From: an uncultured delta proteobacterium
Lineage (GTDB): Bacteria; Desulfobacterota; WTBG01; CAIYCZ01
Assembly: GCA_963803975.1 (NCBI GenBank)
Contig: CAWDOY010000012.1
Span: 8,486 to 72,485 of the forward strand
Length of the DNA: 64,000 bases
Reading direction: 5' to 3'
Shown here: in pieces, positions 28,134 to 38,102 of the stretch
How positions within the stretch are numbered: the stretch's first letter is position 1
Layout: every line of letters begins with the position of its first letter
Position numbers and translations under genes: made by a program
The notes under the pieces: model-generated
Database searches by the model: none
Told to the model about the DNA's origin: nothing
Seen by the model: the letters and a program-made list of their open reading frames with translations, nothing else

Positions 28134-28862
28134 TTAAAACATCCCGCCATTGACCGATATGACCTGGCCGGTGACATACGAGGCATCATCGGAGCAGAGA
28201 AAACGCACTACCTTTGCCACCTCCTCCGGCTTGCCAATGCGCGCCATGGGTATTATCTCCTTTATTTTCAGCACGGGAACATCCTTGATCATTTCCGTAT
28301 CGATGAGCCCGGGCGCCACGACATTGACCCTGATGCCCGTGCGTGCCACTTCGCAGGCAAGGGCTTTGCAAGCGGCAATTATGCCTGCCTTGGCAGCTGC
28401 GTAATTTGACTGGCCGCGGTTGCCCATAAGCGCCGACACAGAGGAAATCGCCACAATCGACCCGCTGTGATTCACCGCCATTTTCTTCAGCACCGGCTGC
28501 GTGACATGGTAAAACCCTTTGAGCGATGTATCGATGACCGAGTTCCACTCAGTCTCGGTCATGAGCATGAACAGGCCGTCTGCGGTAATGCCGGCATTAT
28601 TGACCAGCACCTGGATGTTTTGAAACCGCGCGCAGATGGCATTCATCTGTACGGCAGCCTCTGCAGCATCAGCCACGTCAAACTTTACCGCCTCTGCTCC
28701 GCCGCCTTTTGCCTTAATGCTGTTAACCGTCTCCTGCGCCTGCGCGTCGTTTGACTTGTAGGTGATGATGACATAATAGCCGTCAGCTGCAAGCTCACAG
28801 GCTATGGCACGGCCTATGCCGCGGCTGCCGCCGGTGACTATGGCAATTTTCTGATTGTCCAT
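28134..28862 (-). CDS. fabG: 3-oxoacyl-ACP reductase
   Basis: TGGSRGIG, NNAGI, GQSNYAAAKAG, VAPGLIDTEM, YVTGQVISVNGG. Confidence 0.95.
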   Translation of the reverse strand: MDNQKIAIVTGGSRGIGRAIACELAADGYYVIITYKSNDAQAQETVNSIKAKGGGAEAVKFDVADAAEAAVQMNAICARFQNIQVLVNNAGITADGLFMLMTETEWNSVIDTSLKGFYHVTQPVLKKMAVNHSGSIVAISSVSALMGNRGQSNYAAAKAGIIAACKALACEVARTGIRVNVVAPGLIDTEMIKDVPVLKIKEIIPMARIGKPEEVAKVVRFLCSDDASYVTGQVISVNGGMF

Positions 28863-28911
28863 AAAGTTCCCATCAGGTGAAGTCTATTAAAAAAATTCAA
28901 TCCTTTAGAAT

Positions 28912-29370
28912 CTATACATCAGGCGTTGCCCGAAGCCCGAATATCTGCAGCTGAATTATACAGAGGCACTGCTCCCCCATCATGACCGTGCCCTCCATTG
29001 CCTCATAATCCTCAAGACTGTAGCGATTGGTGACCGTGGTAATGAGCTCAGCGCCAAGGGGCACTGCATCTACAAAAAACTCTGCGCTGTTTATGCCGGT
29101 CAGCACTCCGGCCGTATAGGCTGATCTGTTCGCGCCCTTTTTCCAGCATGAAAGCACCCCTGCGGTCTGTGCCACCACTTCAATGAGCACAATAGGGCTC
29201 ATTGATTCACCATCCAGAAGCGGCCATGAGTCGGCAACGGTGGACAATGTCACGGCATGGTCGCTGTCCACCTCCACTGCCGCCGCGATGAGTTTCATTC
29301 GGCCGCGGTGCGGGATCAAATCATCAATAACTATGTCTTGCATAGAACACGGTAATTGGCAATTGGGCAA
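28912..29370 (-). CDS. Hotdog-fold 3-hydroxyacyl-ACP dehydratase (ApeP-like)
   Basis: LIPHRGRMKLI, IEVVAQTAG. Confidence 0.75.
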   Translation of the reverse strand: MPNCQLPCSMQDIVIDDLIPHRGRMKLIAAAVEVDSDHAVTLSTVADSWPLLDGESMSPIVLIEVVAQTAGVLSCWKKGANRSAYTAGVLTGINSAEFFVDAVPLGAELITTVTNRYSLEDYEAMEGTVMMGEQCLCIIQLQIFGLRATPDV

Positions 29371-29484
29371 AATCGTGCTACTTAAAAGCTTGTGCTGAAC
29401 AGCAGCATTTCAGGATGGAATCAATAGAATATAAACAGCCCGAAAAGTCAAGAAATACCCCCTCGGTACGGGCCTGTCTGAGAA

Positions 29485-30843
29485 ATGCTTTCCCAAACCA
29501 TGAAAGACGAACTGCCTGATTTCCTTAATCGTATTACCGGCAACCATCTTCGCAAATTCATCGCAGGTGGTCATACCTGCGGTGATGTGTGCCGTTTAGC
29601 CGCAGGCATATGCAGCCTTACCTCCCCCGGCGAGCCCCTCTGCCTCTGGACGCAGGACAAAACCCGTATCGCCGCTGCCCTGCTTGCCGCTGTGTGCGGC
29701 GGGCCGCGCATCATTATTCCCTATGCCTTTTCTTCGCAGGCGCTTGACGAAGCACGATCAAGTATCCCTTTTTCAAAAATACTCTCCGAAGGCAACGATG
29801 CCCCGCCCGTTGATTGCACGGTTATCATGCCCGACAGCGTGGCATCTCCTGCGCCTCTTGTTTATACTGCAGGTGATGCCGATACGCCGCGGGTCATGCT
29901 CTTCACGGGCGGCTCCACCGGCAAACCAAAGCTCTGGTCTAAAACCGCACGGAATCTTTTCGGCGAAGCGCTGCTGCTTACCGAAACATTCGGCATAGGG
30001 CCGCAGGATTGTATTCTTGCAACCGTGCCGCCACAGCACATTTACGGGCTGCTTTTCTCCGTGCTGGTGCCTCTCGTGTCGGGCTGCACCGTGCTTGAGC
30101 CCGTCTACTCATTTCCGCAGGAGATTCTTGACGCAGCCAGCGATACGGGGGCTACAATTCTGGTAAGCGTTCCCTCTCAGTATCATGTGCTGAAAACTGA
30201 GAGCCTGCAGCGCCATAACCTCAGGCTGGCTTTTTCATCTGCTGGCATGCTCCCCAGGCCTGATGCGGAGTATTTCCACGGGAAAACCGGTATTGCCGTC
30301 ATTGAGATTTACGGCTCCACTGAAACAGGCGGTGTAGCCTGGAAAGCTGCCCCGACCGACAGGCAGGGGTGTCGCACGTTTAAAGGCATTGACTGGAAGA
30401 TACACAATGGACGGCTGCAGCTGCGCTCGGATTTCCTCTCGCCCGAGCTGCCCCGCGATCAGGATGGATTCTTTACCACTGCCGACCGCGCAGAACCCTG
30501 CGGGGCTGAAGGTTTCACCCTTCATGGCCGGGCCGACGATATTGTAAAAGTTGGCGGCAGGCGGGTTGATCTTTCTGAAATTTGCGATAAATTAAAAACT
30601 CTCAGCAACGTGCGTGATGCCGTGGTCTTTGCCATGCATGCCCGCACCGGCAGGGGCAGCGATATTGCAGCTCTTATTGCAGGCACTGCTGATGCATCAG
30701 CAATACGGTCCGGGCTTGCAAAAATCTGCGAGCCCTATGCCATCCCCCGCCATATCAAAATTGTTGATTCTATCCCCGTGCTTCCTACGGGAAAATATGA
30801 CCGGGCAATGATTGAAAAGTTTTTCAGAACAGCCGAAGACTGA
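29485..30843 (+). CDS. AMP-binding (acyl/aryl-CoA or -ACP) ligase
   Basis: FTGGSTGKPK, TVPPQHIYGL, EIYGSTETGG, GRADDIVKVGG, PTGKYDR. Confidence 0.9.
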   Translation: MLSQTMKDELPDFLNRITGNHLRKFIAGGHTCGDVCRLAAGICSLTSPGEPLCLWTQDKTRIAAALLAAVCGGPRIIIPYAFSSQALDEARSSIPFSKILSEGNDAPPVDCTVIMPDSVASPAPLVYTAGDADTPRVMLFTGGSTGKPKLWSKTARNLFGEALLLTETFGIGPQDCILATVPPQHIYGLLFSVLVPLVSGCTVLEPVYSFPQEILDAASDTGATILVSVPSQYHVLKTESLQRHNLRLAFSSAGMLPRPDAEYFHGKTGIAVIEIYGSTETGGVAWKAAPTDRQGCRTFKGIDWKIHNGRLQLRSDFLSPELPRDQDGFFTTADRAEPCGAEGFTLHGRADDIVKVGGRRVDLSEICDKLKTLSNVRDAVVFAMHARTGRGSDIAALIAGTADASAIRSGLAKICEPYAIPRHIKIVDSIPVLPTGKYDRAMIEKFFRTAED

Positions 30844-31059
30844 AGCAAAAGATCAGCAGCGTGCGGAGCCAGGAGTTCAGAGTCTAGATTCAGGAGTCAG
30901 ATCCGAAGTTAAAAAGTCACCATGTCATACAGTCGCAAGGGTATCCAGATTCAATCCGCTAGGCCTGGACCGGTTTTCACCAGTGACAACTTGTTACGGA
31001 CATTCATAACCCGTAAGGTTTTACGTATTTGTTTTTCTACTGGATTCTGACTTCTGCCC

Positions 31060-32562
31060 TTGCGGAAAGGTCTTGAACTTTATGGGGTGATTGTCATGCG
31101 CATCATGCTTGTCCATCCGGCCGGATCAAACTGGGTCCCCGGGGAAAAGGATATTACCGCCACAGCAAACAGGATGGCCCCCCTGGGCCTGCTTTCGATT
31201 GCCGCATACCTGAAGCGCAGCGGGCACCAGGTATTCATTCATGACTGTCTTGGCCCTGAGGCGCCGCAGGGCATACGGGAAAACGTACAAGCCGTGCTCG
31301 CCCCTGCTCCTGACCTGGTCGGCTTTTCAACGACGACGTCCAGTTTCCTGGACGGCAACAACATGGCAACACTGATTAAAGAAGCCAGCCCGCGGGTCAA
31401 AACCGTCTTTGGCGGCGTGCATGTGTCTGCGCTGGGCGGGGCGCTGCTGCAGGACTTTCCCCGCATCGATTATTTGTCTCCCGGAGAGGGCGAGGTGACC
31501 CTTTCTGAACTGGCCTCCGGTCAGGACCCTGCCTCTATCGACGGGCTTATCTGGCGTGATGGTGAAAGGATTGTGACCAATGCGCCCCGCTCGCCGCTGC
31601 CGGATCTGGACCAGCTTCCTTTTCCTGATTATGAAAGCTTGAAGGGTTTTCCCCGGTCATACAACCTGCCCCTGTTCAGCTTCATTGGATTTCCCGGCGC
31701 AACCATGTCCACCAGCCGCGGATGCCTCTATGAGTGCTCGTACTGCGACCGGTCTGTCTTTAAGCGCTCCTACCGGTACAACTCTCCGGAATATATCTAC
31801 GAGCACATGCTGCACCTGCGGCAGCGCTTTGGCGTCCGGCATATCAATATCTATGATGATTTGTTTACCCTCAACAGGCCCCGCATTTTCGAGCTGTGCC
31901 GTCTTTTGATTGCAAAGCCCCTCGGCATACAGTTCAACTGCGCTGTCCGGGTAGGGCATGCCGACAATGATCTGCTGAAGCTGCTGAAAGATGCAGGCTG
32001 CCTCATGGTATCAATGGGTATCGAATCGGCTGATCCGGCGATGCTCGCGCGCCATAAATCAGGGGTTACCCTTGATGAGGTCAGAGACACCGTTGACCGG
32101 ATCAAAGCCTGCGGCCTCAGGGCCAAAGGGCTGTTCATGATGGGTCTCCCGGGCGAAACAGAAGCATCGATTCAGGCAACAAGCGACTTTGTGATTTCCC
32201 TTGGGCTGGATGACATGAACATGTCGAAATTTACGCCTTTTCCGGGCGCGCCCATCTGGTCAACGCTGCGCGAAGAGGGGACCTTTCAGGAGGACTGGCA
32301 GTTAATGAACTGCCTTAATTTCGTCTTCGTACCGAAGACCATCGAATCAAAAAAAAAGCTCGACTACCTGTACAACCGGCATGTAAAGCGCTTCTACTCC
32401 GACCGGACCTGGCGCCGGAAATTCGCCCGACGCTTATGGCAGCACCGGTGGAGCATTCTCCATCTCCTGCGGCACCTGCCGTCTTTCCTTGCAGCCAAAC
32501 GGCATTTTGAGCCGGATAATGCCCTGAATTCACACGATAGTGATGTTGGCTTCGTCACATAA
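31060..32562 (+). CDS. B12-binding-domain radical SAM protein (class B methyltransferase-like)
   Basis: APLGLLSIAAYL, TVFGGVHVS, GEGE, TSRGCLYECSYC, GIES, FMMGLPGET, TPFPG. Start is likely ATG 31096. Confidence 0.92.
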   Translation: MRKGLELYGVIVMRIMLVHPAGSNWVPGEKDITATANRMAPLGLLSIAAYLKRSGHQVFIHDCLGPEAPQGIRENVQAVLAPAPDLVGFSTTTSSFLDGNNMATLIKEASPRVKTVFGGVHVSALGGALLQDFPRIDYLSPGEGEVTLSELASGQDPASIDGLIWRDGERIVTNAPRSPLPDLDQLPFPDYESLKGFPRSYNLPLFSFIGFPGATMSTSRGCLYECSYCDRSVFKRSYRYNSPEYIYEHMLHLRQRFGVRHINIYDDLFTLNRPRIFELCRLLIAKPLGIQFNCAVRVGHADNDLLKLLKDAGCLMVSMGIESADPAMLARHKSGVTLDEVRDTVDRIKACGLRAKGLFMMGLPGETEASIQATSDFVISLGLDDMNMSKFTPFPGAPIWSTLREEGTFQEDWQLMNCLNFVFVPKTIESKKKLDYLYNRHVKRFYSDRTWRRKFARRLWQHRWSILHLLRHLPSFLAAKRHFEPDNALNSHDSDVGFVT

Positions 32563-32630
32563 CATTAAGATGCACGGTACGTCCATTATTGCTGCAGATA
32601 AGCAATAGCAATCTGCAGCACGTCCGGTGG

Positions 32631-34106
32631 CTAGTGTCCTGCCAGCCTGCCGGCCAGAAAATTCTGAAGATTTGCCCGGCCAACGACTTCGCCGACACCG
32701 CGCAGAACACTCAGGGTTACGCCCAGAAGCCCCGGGGCTATTGCGCTCTGGCCCACCAGGTAGAGTGACCGGACCGGAAAGCGTGTCAGCACCGCGTATT
32801 GCAGATCATTCTTTACCGAACGCAAAAGACCGTACACTGACCCCTCAGGGCTTGCGGCCCAGTCGCGCATCGTAAGGGGTGTTGAGATATCAAGAATCTT
32901 GTAATCCTCAAGAGTGCCCAGCACGCTGCGGGCGGTCTCGATCATCGATTCAGCAGCGCGCATTTTTGCCTGCCCGTATTGCGCGCCCCGGCTGCCGGTG
33001 TGCGTGTGCTGCCACTGCTTCCAGTCGGAATAGGCTGACCCGCGAATTATGGTGAGGAGATTCCACCCCGCGCGCTCACTGTGCCGCAGCTGAAAAAATG
33101 TTCCATCGACATTGACTCCGTCAACCTTGTGAATACGGAACAGGTTATAGCCGAGTGCTTCGTGCTGTTTCTGATCCACCAACAGGCGAACGCAGACCAC
33201 GCCCGACGTTTCCTCCAGCTTTAAAAGTCCCTGTCGATAATCTGCAGGAACAGCGTCATCGGGGAGCATGGGCAGCACGAGTTTGGGATGAATGCCGGCG
33301 ATAACTTTTCTGCATGCAAGGCTGCGGCCGGACTTCAGCCGGACGCCGCATGCGCGGCCATCACGAACAAGAATATGCTCCACCGGATCGCCCAGTATCA
33401 AGTCCGAGCCTGTTGCCCGGGCGCGCTCAACATAGGCCTCGACCATCTGCGTGCCGGTACATCCAAGCTCCCATGCCGACAGAAGAAGCGCTCCCAGCGT
33501 GTAGAGAAGGAGATAGGCGGGGCATTTGTCCATGGGAATCCCGGCCCAGAACCCGTGAACCGTGAGAATATCGTGGAGTTTTTTTGAGCAGCCGGAGGCC
33601 GCAAGAAAATCCTCCATGCTCTGGTTAAATCCTGCGAAGGAAAAGAGGTTGGACTGCAAACGCCCTGTGGTGTCCAGGCGCAGACCGTGCGACAGGGAAT
33701 GCACGGCGGAAACAATGGTGTCTATTGCGTCGTTCTCAGTCGGACACACGCTGCGAAGCGCCTGCTCAAAGGCCGGCAAAGTTGCCGGGAGGTCAAACGT
33801 GAGATCGTCAAAAACATATCGCTCGAGTACCCCCTGTGTGCCCAAACGCCGCAGCTGCAGCTTGTCGGTCACGCCGAGTATATCAAAAAGCTGCCGCAGG
33901 AGCTCGCCCTCGCCTGCGGGGCCGAAATAATGAAGCCCAACGGCACAGTCGACGCCCTGCCGCGTGTAACTGCGCAATAGCCCGCCGGGAAAGGGATTTT
34001 TTTCAATGATGGTCGCTTTAAGGCCGAGTTGTCCGAGCAGGATTGCGCTCGTGAGTCCACCCAGACCCGAACCGATGATGATGACATCCGTGTCGATGGT
34101 GCTCAA
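32631..34106 (-). CDS. Phytoene desaturase-like FAD-dependent oxidoreductase
   Basis: IIIGSGLGGL, IEKN..PGG, STPLTMRDW..PEGSVYG, LYLVGQSA..PGLLG. Confidence 0.85.
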   Translation of the reverse strand: MSTIDTDVIIIGSGLGGLTSAILLGQLGLKATIIEKNPFPGGLLRSYTRQGVDCAVGLHYFGPAGEGELLRQLFDILGVTDKLQLRRLGTQGVLERYVFDDLTFDLPATLPAFEQALRSVCPTENDAIDTIVSAVHSLSHGLRLDTTGRLQSNLFSFAGFNQSMEDFLAASGCSKKLHDILTVHGFWAGIPMDKCPAYLLLYTLGALLLSAWELGCTGTQMVEAYVERARATGSDLILGDPVEHILVRDGRACGVRLKSGRSLACRKVIAGIHPKLVLPMLPDDAVPADYRQGLLKLEETSGVVCVRLLVDQKQHEALGYNLFRIHKVDGVNVDGTFFQLRHSERAGWNLLTIIRGSAYSDWKQWQHTHTGSRGAQYGQAKMRAAESMIETARSVLGTLEDYKILDISTPLTMRDWAASPEGSVYGLLRSVKNDLQYAVLTRFPVRSLYLVGQSAIAPGLLGVTLSVLRGVGEVVGRANLQNFLAGRLAGH

Positions 34107-34131
34107 GGAATGCTCCTCCCGGAGGCTCTGT

Positions 34132-34990
34132 TTAAATCGCGCAGTCAGGCGCTCCGCTGCGCACCCATGCCGGAGGAGTCATACGACCGCCGGATACGTC
34201 CTTCATCGCAACCCCTTTGACCATTTCCCGAAGTCCGCCTTCCTGATCGTGCAGCCAGATATCAAACCTGATAACTCCTTCATGCAGCAGTCACCGGTAT
34301 AACAGAGCAGATGATGGTCTCACCGGGAGCAATCGGCTGCACAAGCACCCGCTCATCAAACCCGATTGGAAAGGCAACAATACCGCAGTAGCGCTGTGCC
34401 CATGCGCAGGCCGCATGCAGGCTGCCATCCAGCGGAAACGGGGAACCCAAAGGGCCGGATGCGCCGGGATGGTCGGCAGCGTATACGCGGGCAGATGCCG
34501 CGCTTTCTGTAAGCGTCACCCGGTCCTGCACGGACTGAAATGCCGGGCCGAAGGGCACCAGCTCGCCGTAGAGCCGGTGCGCGGGAATTTCAAAACCGGG
34601 GATATGAAATGCGTCAAGCGAGCCTGCAGGCGGTTCGGTGACGAGCGGGGCAGCTGCAGAAAAGCAGACGGTTGCATGCTGCTTTATTCTGGTTGCAGCG
34701 GTGCTTTTGAGTTTTGCAACAGTCGTAAGCGTTGCGCGGATAAAGCCCTTTTCTTCCATGACCAGGTTGCAACATGCTTCGATGACGGTGCATGCGGGTT
34801 CAATGCGAAGGAAACGATCAAAGGAGGCGTGCTGCATGAAGGTGACTGGTGCCCCGGGGAAATGCGACTGCGCCGCACGGGCCAGGTGCTGCAGCATTTC
34901 AACGGCGGGAAGTATGGCAGTCCCTTCAAAGTGGTGATCAAACAGCCAGGGATTGATAGGTATTGATACTGGCAGGGTCACTCGTTGCAT
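34132..34990 (-). CDS. Stand-alone PKS-type double-hotdog dehydratase; frameshift near 34282
   Basis: WLFDHHFEGTAILPAVE (HxxxGxxxxP), LYGELVPFGPAFQ, LDGSLHAAC. Removing one base continues the frame as EGVIRFDIWL..MKDVSGG..PAWV to a stop at 34132. Confidence 0.8.
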
Positions 34991-35050
34991 CTCTGTGAAC
35001 TAGGGTATTCTCCATAAATGATCCGCAGCCACATGCTAGCCGGTTCAGGG

Positions 35051-35821
35051 TTAGTGCGTGCTCGTGCCCTCAAGCAGCGCTCTGGCTTTCTGCATAACCT
35101 TTTAAAGGTGAGCCCGTGGTTGTTTCCATCATCAAATTCGATGCTGCCTGCAAGGCTTACGCTGATTTCAACGGGGTCGCCGGTGTTGAAAAGAAAGCAA
35201 TCGGGCGGATACACCCGGTGCGTGTTTTCGATGCGCAGCACGCTGAATGGGCGCGCGGCAGAGCTTTGCAATGGTAAATGCCCCTTTTTCAAAAGGGCCG
35301 ACCGCGCCTGAGCGGCTGCGGGTGCCTTCGGGGAATATGAAAAGATTGCCGCCCGAGGCAAGATAGGCGCGCATGGACTTAACCTGCTCCATGAGGTCGG
35401 GAACATCTGAGTCCTGCGCAAGTGAGGGCGAAAGATAGCCCGCAGACTTAAGTACCCAGCCAAAAATGGGCACCTTAAAGAATACGCTTTTAACAATGGT
35501 CTTATGCTGTCTGAAAAGCGAGATGAGCAGTATGGGGTCGAGAAATGACAGGTGGTTGGCAATGACGACTGATGAGCGGACGGCGTACACCTCCGGCGCG
35601 ATGCTGATCTTCACCCGCGGCATGAGCAGCTTCAGATACGCAAAGAAGCAGCGGTAGAAAATGCAGTTGAGGTTCTGGAAAGCACGCTCTTGGTCGGCGG
35701 CAAACAGGGCGGCGGCACTATAGGCAGGGAAAAAAAAGAAAACGAATGCCGCGAAGTAGTATGCCCACAGAAGCAGCGTAATGATGAGATCAACTGCCGG
35801 CCTGAAAGTTTTGGTGAACAT
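35051..35821 (-). CDS. PlsC-like lysophospholipid acyltransferase; frameshifts near 35243 and 35100
   Basis: IANHLSFLDP (HxxxxD), IFPEGTRS; the C-terminus continues VLRIENTHRV.. in another frame. Confidence 0.85.
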
Positions 35822-35834
35822 GGAAGCCGCCTGC

Positions 35835-37067
35835 TTAAGGCTTTTTGATGATTATATTTGTGTTCACGCCGCCGAAGGCGAAATTCTGAATGGAGGCGAT
35901 GCTCATTTTCTGCTCCCGAAGCTGCATAACATGATTGATCATGGCGCAGCGCTCATCAACCGTTTCAAGGTTGAGCGTGGGCGCTATACAACCTTCGGCC
36001 ATAAGGTGCAGGGTGATGATGGTTTCGATGACACCGCAGGTGGCCATGGTATGGCCCATGTATCCCTTGAAGCCCGTCACCAGCGGCCGGTTGCCGTATA
36101 CATCATAAATCGCCTGCGCTTCGATGATATCGCCCATCTTGGTGCCGGTGGCATGGGCGCTCACGAAGTCAACATCACCTGCGTTGATGGCGGCATCTTT
36201 CAGCCCGAGCTGAATGGTCTGCGTGATGCCTGCCAGGTTGGGCAGAATCAGGTCGCCGCCATTGTTGTTGCAGGCAAAGCCGATCACCTCGCCCAGAATG
36301 GTTGCCCCGCGTTTTCTCGCGCACTCGTATTCCTCAAGCAGCACAGCGCCCGCGCCTTCGCCCACCACGAGGCCGTCGCGGTCTTCGTCAAAGGGCCGCG
36401 GCGTGCGGCTGGGCGAGTCATTGAAGGCTGTGGAGCAGGCAAGCAGGTTGTCGAACACTGCCACCGTCGTGGTGTCGTATTCATCGGCGCCGCCGCAGAT
36501 CATGGCGTCCTGCATGCCGAACTTGATCGACTCATAGCCGTAGCCGATGGACTGACTGCTCGTGGTGCAGGCCGTTGACGACGAAATAACGCGGCCCGTA
36601 ATGCCGAACATCTTGGTGATATTGACCGCCGTGGTGTGCACCATGGACCGCAGATAATCAACAGCGCCGATATTGGCAAATTTATCTGTTTCTTTGCTGA
36701 AGAATATTTTGTAGATATCGCGCTGCACCGTGGGGCTGCCATGCGTGGAGCCGAATGCCACACCGAGCCTGCCCGAGGTGATGAAATCCTGCGTCAGCCC
36801 CGATGCTTCAAGCACCTCTTTTGCAACCTGGCAGGCATAATATGCCACGGGGCCCATGGTTTTGCGGAACTGGCGGGAAAAGCCGTACTCCACAGGGTAG
36901 TCGACGGTGCCGTACACCTTTGAATGAATGTATTTGGTGAGCAGGCCGTCATCGCGCAGGGGCTTGACGCCGGAGATGCCGCTGGTGAGGCTGTGCATCA
37001 GCTCTTGTTTCGTGCGGCCGATGGGCGTGATTGCCGAACAGGCGGTTATGACGACACGACGTGGCAT
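35835..37067 (-). CDS. Beta-ketoacyl-ACP synthase (FabB/FabF family)
   Basis: STACTTSS, RPFDEDRDG, AHATGT, KGYMGHT, NFAFGG. Confidence 0.95.
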   Translation of the reverse strand: MPRRVVITACSAITPIGRTKQELMHSLTSGISGVKPLRDDGLLTKYIHSKVYGTVDYPVEYGFSRQFRKTMGPVAYYACQVAKEVLEASGLTQDFITSGRLGVAFGSTHGSPTVQRDIYKIFFSKETDKFANIGAVDYLRSMVHTTAVNITKMFGITGRVISSSTACTTSSQSIGYGYESIKFGMQDAMICGGADEYDTTTVAVFDNLLACSTAFNDSPSRTPRPFDEDRDGLVVGEGAGAVLLEEYECARKRGATILGEVIGFACNNNGGDLILPNLAGITQTIQLGLKDAAINAGDVDFVSAHATGTKMGDIIEAQAIYDVYGNRPLVTGFKGYMGHTMATCGVIETIITLHLMAEGCIAPTLNLETVDERCAMINHVMQLREQKMSIASIQNFAFGGVNTNIIIKKP

Positions 37068-37181
37068 GGGCTTTCGGGCTCGCTGTCTAATGGTTTTTCA
37101 CGTATGACTTTTGGTTGTTGACCCCTCCTGAAGCAATTTGTTCCCCTTTTCAGTAAGCGTGGCCCAGGGGGTCCCCGATGT

Positions 37182-37204
37182 TCCCCTCCTTGACAAGGAG
37201 GGGA
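37182..37204. repeat. Intergenic hairpin element
   Basis: TCCCCTCCTT-GAC-AAGGAGGGGA. Confidence 0.6.
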
Positions 37205-37223
37205 TAGGGGTGGTCAAATTTTA

Positions 37224-37484
37224 TTAATTTTTTGATCGTGCTTTCATAATCGACTCGATATAATCGCACACCTGGTTGATGGTGCGAATATTGAGCGACT
37301 GCTTCTTTTCTTCCTGCGTGAGCTCCGTTTGCAGCAGCTTTTCTATCTGTATTAAAAGCTCGAGGCCGTCGATGCTGTCAAACCCGAATTTTTCACGCAG
37401 GTCATCGTCAGGATCGGGATTCTCAATCTCGAATTGGCGATTGCAGATCGCGATAATTTCAGAAAGCAGCTCTTCTCGTGTCAT
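37224..37484 (-). CDS. Acyl carrier protein
   Basis: Acidic, 86 aa, FGFDSIDGLEL phosphopantetheine motif. Confidence 0.92.
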   Translation of the reverse strand: MTREELLSEIIAICNRQFEIENPDPDDDLREKFGFDSIDGLELLIQIEKLLQTELTQEEKKQSLNIRTINQVCDYIESIMKARSKN

Positions 37485-37620
37485 CTCATCATATCCTTAT
37501 TTCACCGCCCTGCTTCGCTCAAGGCGCAAGGAGAACTTGCGGCAATGATACAAGCTTGTCCGGGTTCAGTTTACAACTCTGCGTCCGCTGCGACTCTGTA
37601 GTGAAACCGTCCTTCTGGCC

Positions 37621-38101
37621 CTATTTGGGAAACATTTCCCAGAGCCGCACGGTCCCCTCATCAACGGCAACCACGCTGCCTGCGGCATTGAGCGCGCAGT
37701 GTCGGGTAAACCCGGCACAGATCATGTTCCCGGTTTCGCCGTGGGTGATGATATAATCAAAACGCACTTTTACCCGCGCTATCTCAGCGGGCCGCGTATA
37801 AATCAGCATCAGGTCGTCATAGTAGAGGGGTTCGTAAAAGTTGATGCCGAGGTCCACGATGGGATATACATAGCCCCTGGCTTCAATCTCCTTGTACGGA
37901 TAGTCGGCCTCCCGCATGAGCGATGTTCTGCCGAACTCGAAGTAGCGCAGGTAGTTGGCATGATAGACAACACTTGAGCGGTCCGTGTCGGCATAGAGCG
38001 TGCGCTGCGTGCAGCAATGCCAGACAAGCCCGGTATCTGCGTCGCGCGATATACCGCTCGTCTTCAGCATACGGCACGGGCCTGAAAGGCTTTGGTTTCA
38101 T
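37621..38101 (-). CDS. Acyl-CoA/ACP thioesterase (YbgC family); frameshift near 38048
   Basis: RTLYADTDRSSVVYHANYLRYFEFGR; the N-terminus MKPKPFRPVPY is in another frame starting at 38101. Confidence 0.85.
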
Positions 38102-38102
38102 A

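Noticed and set aside
31060..32562. bchE (anaerobic Mg-protoporphyrin cyclase) to accompany bchF
   Set aside because: Only generic B12-radical SAM motifs; it lies inside the lipid cluster, 23 kb from bchF.
32631..34106. Carotenoid biosynthesis (crtI)
   Set aside because: No crtB/crtE nearby; FAS context indicates a fatty-acyl substrate.
34280..34282. Selenocysteine/readthrough TGA or programmed frameshifting in the split genes
   Set aside because: Continuation needs a frame change rather than readthrough, and no shared slippery sequence is seen at the breakpoints.
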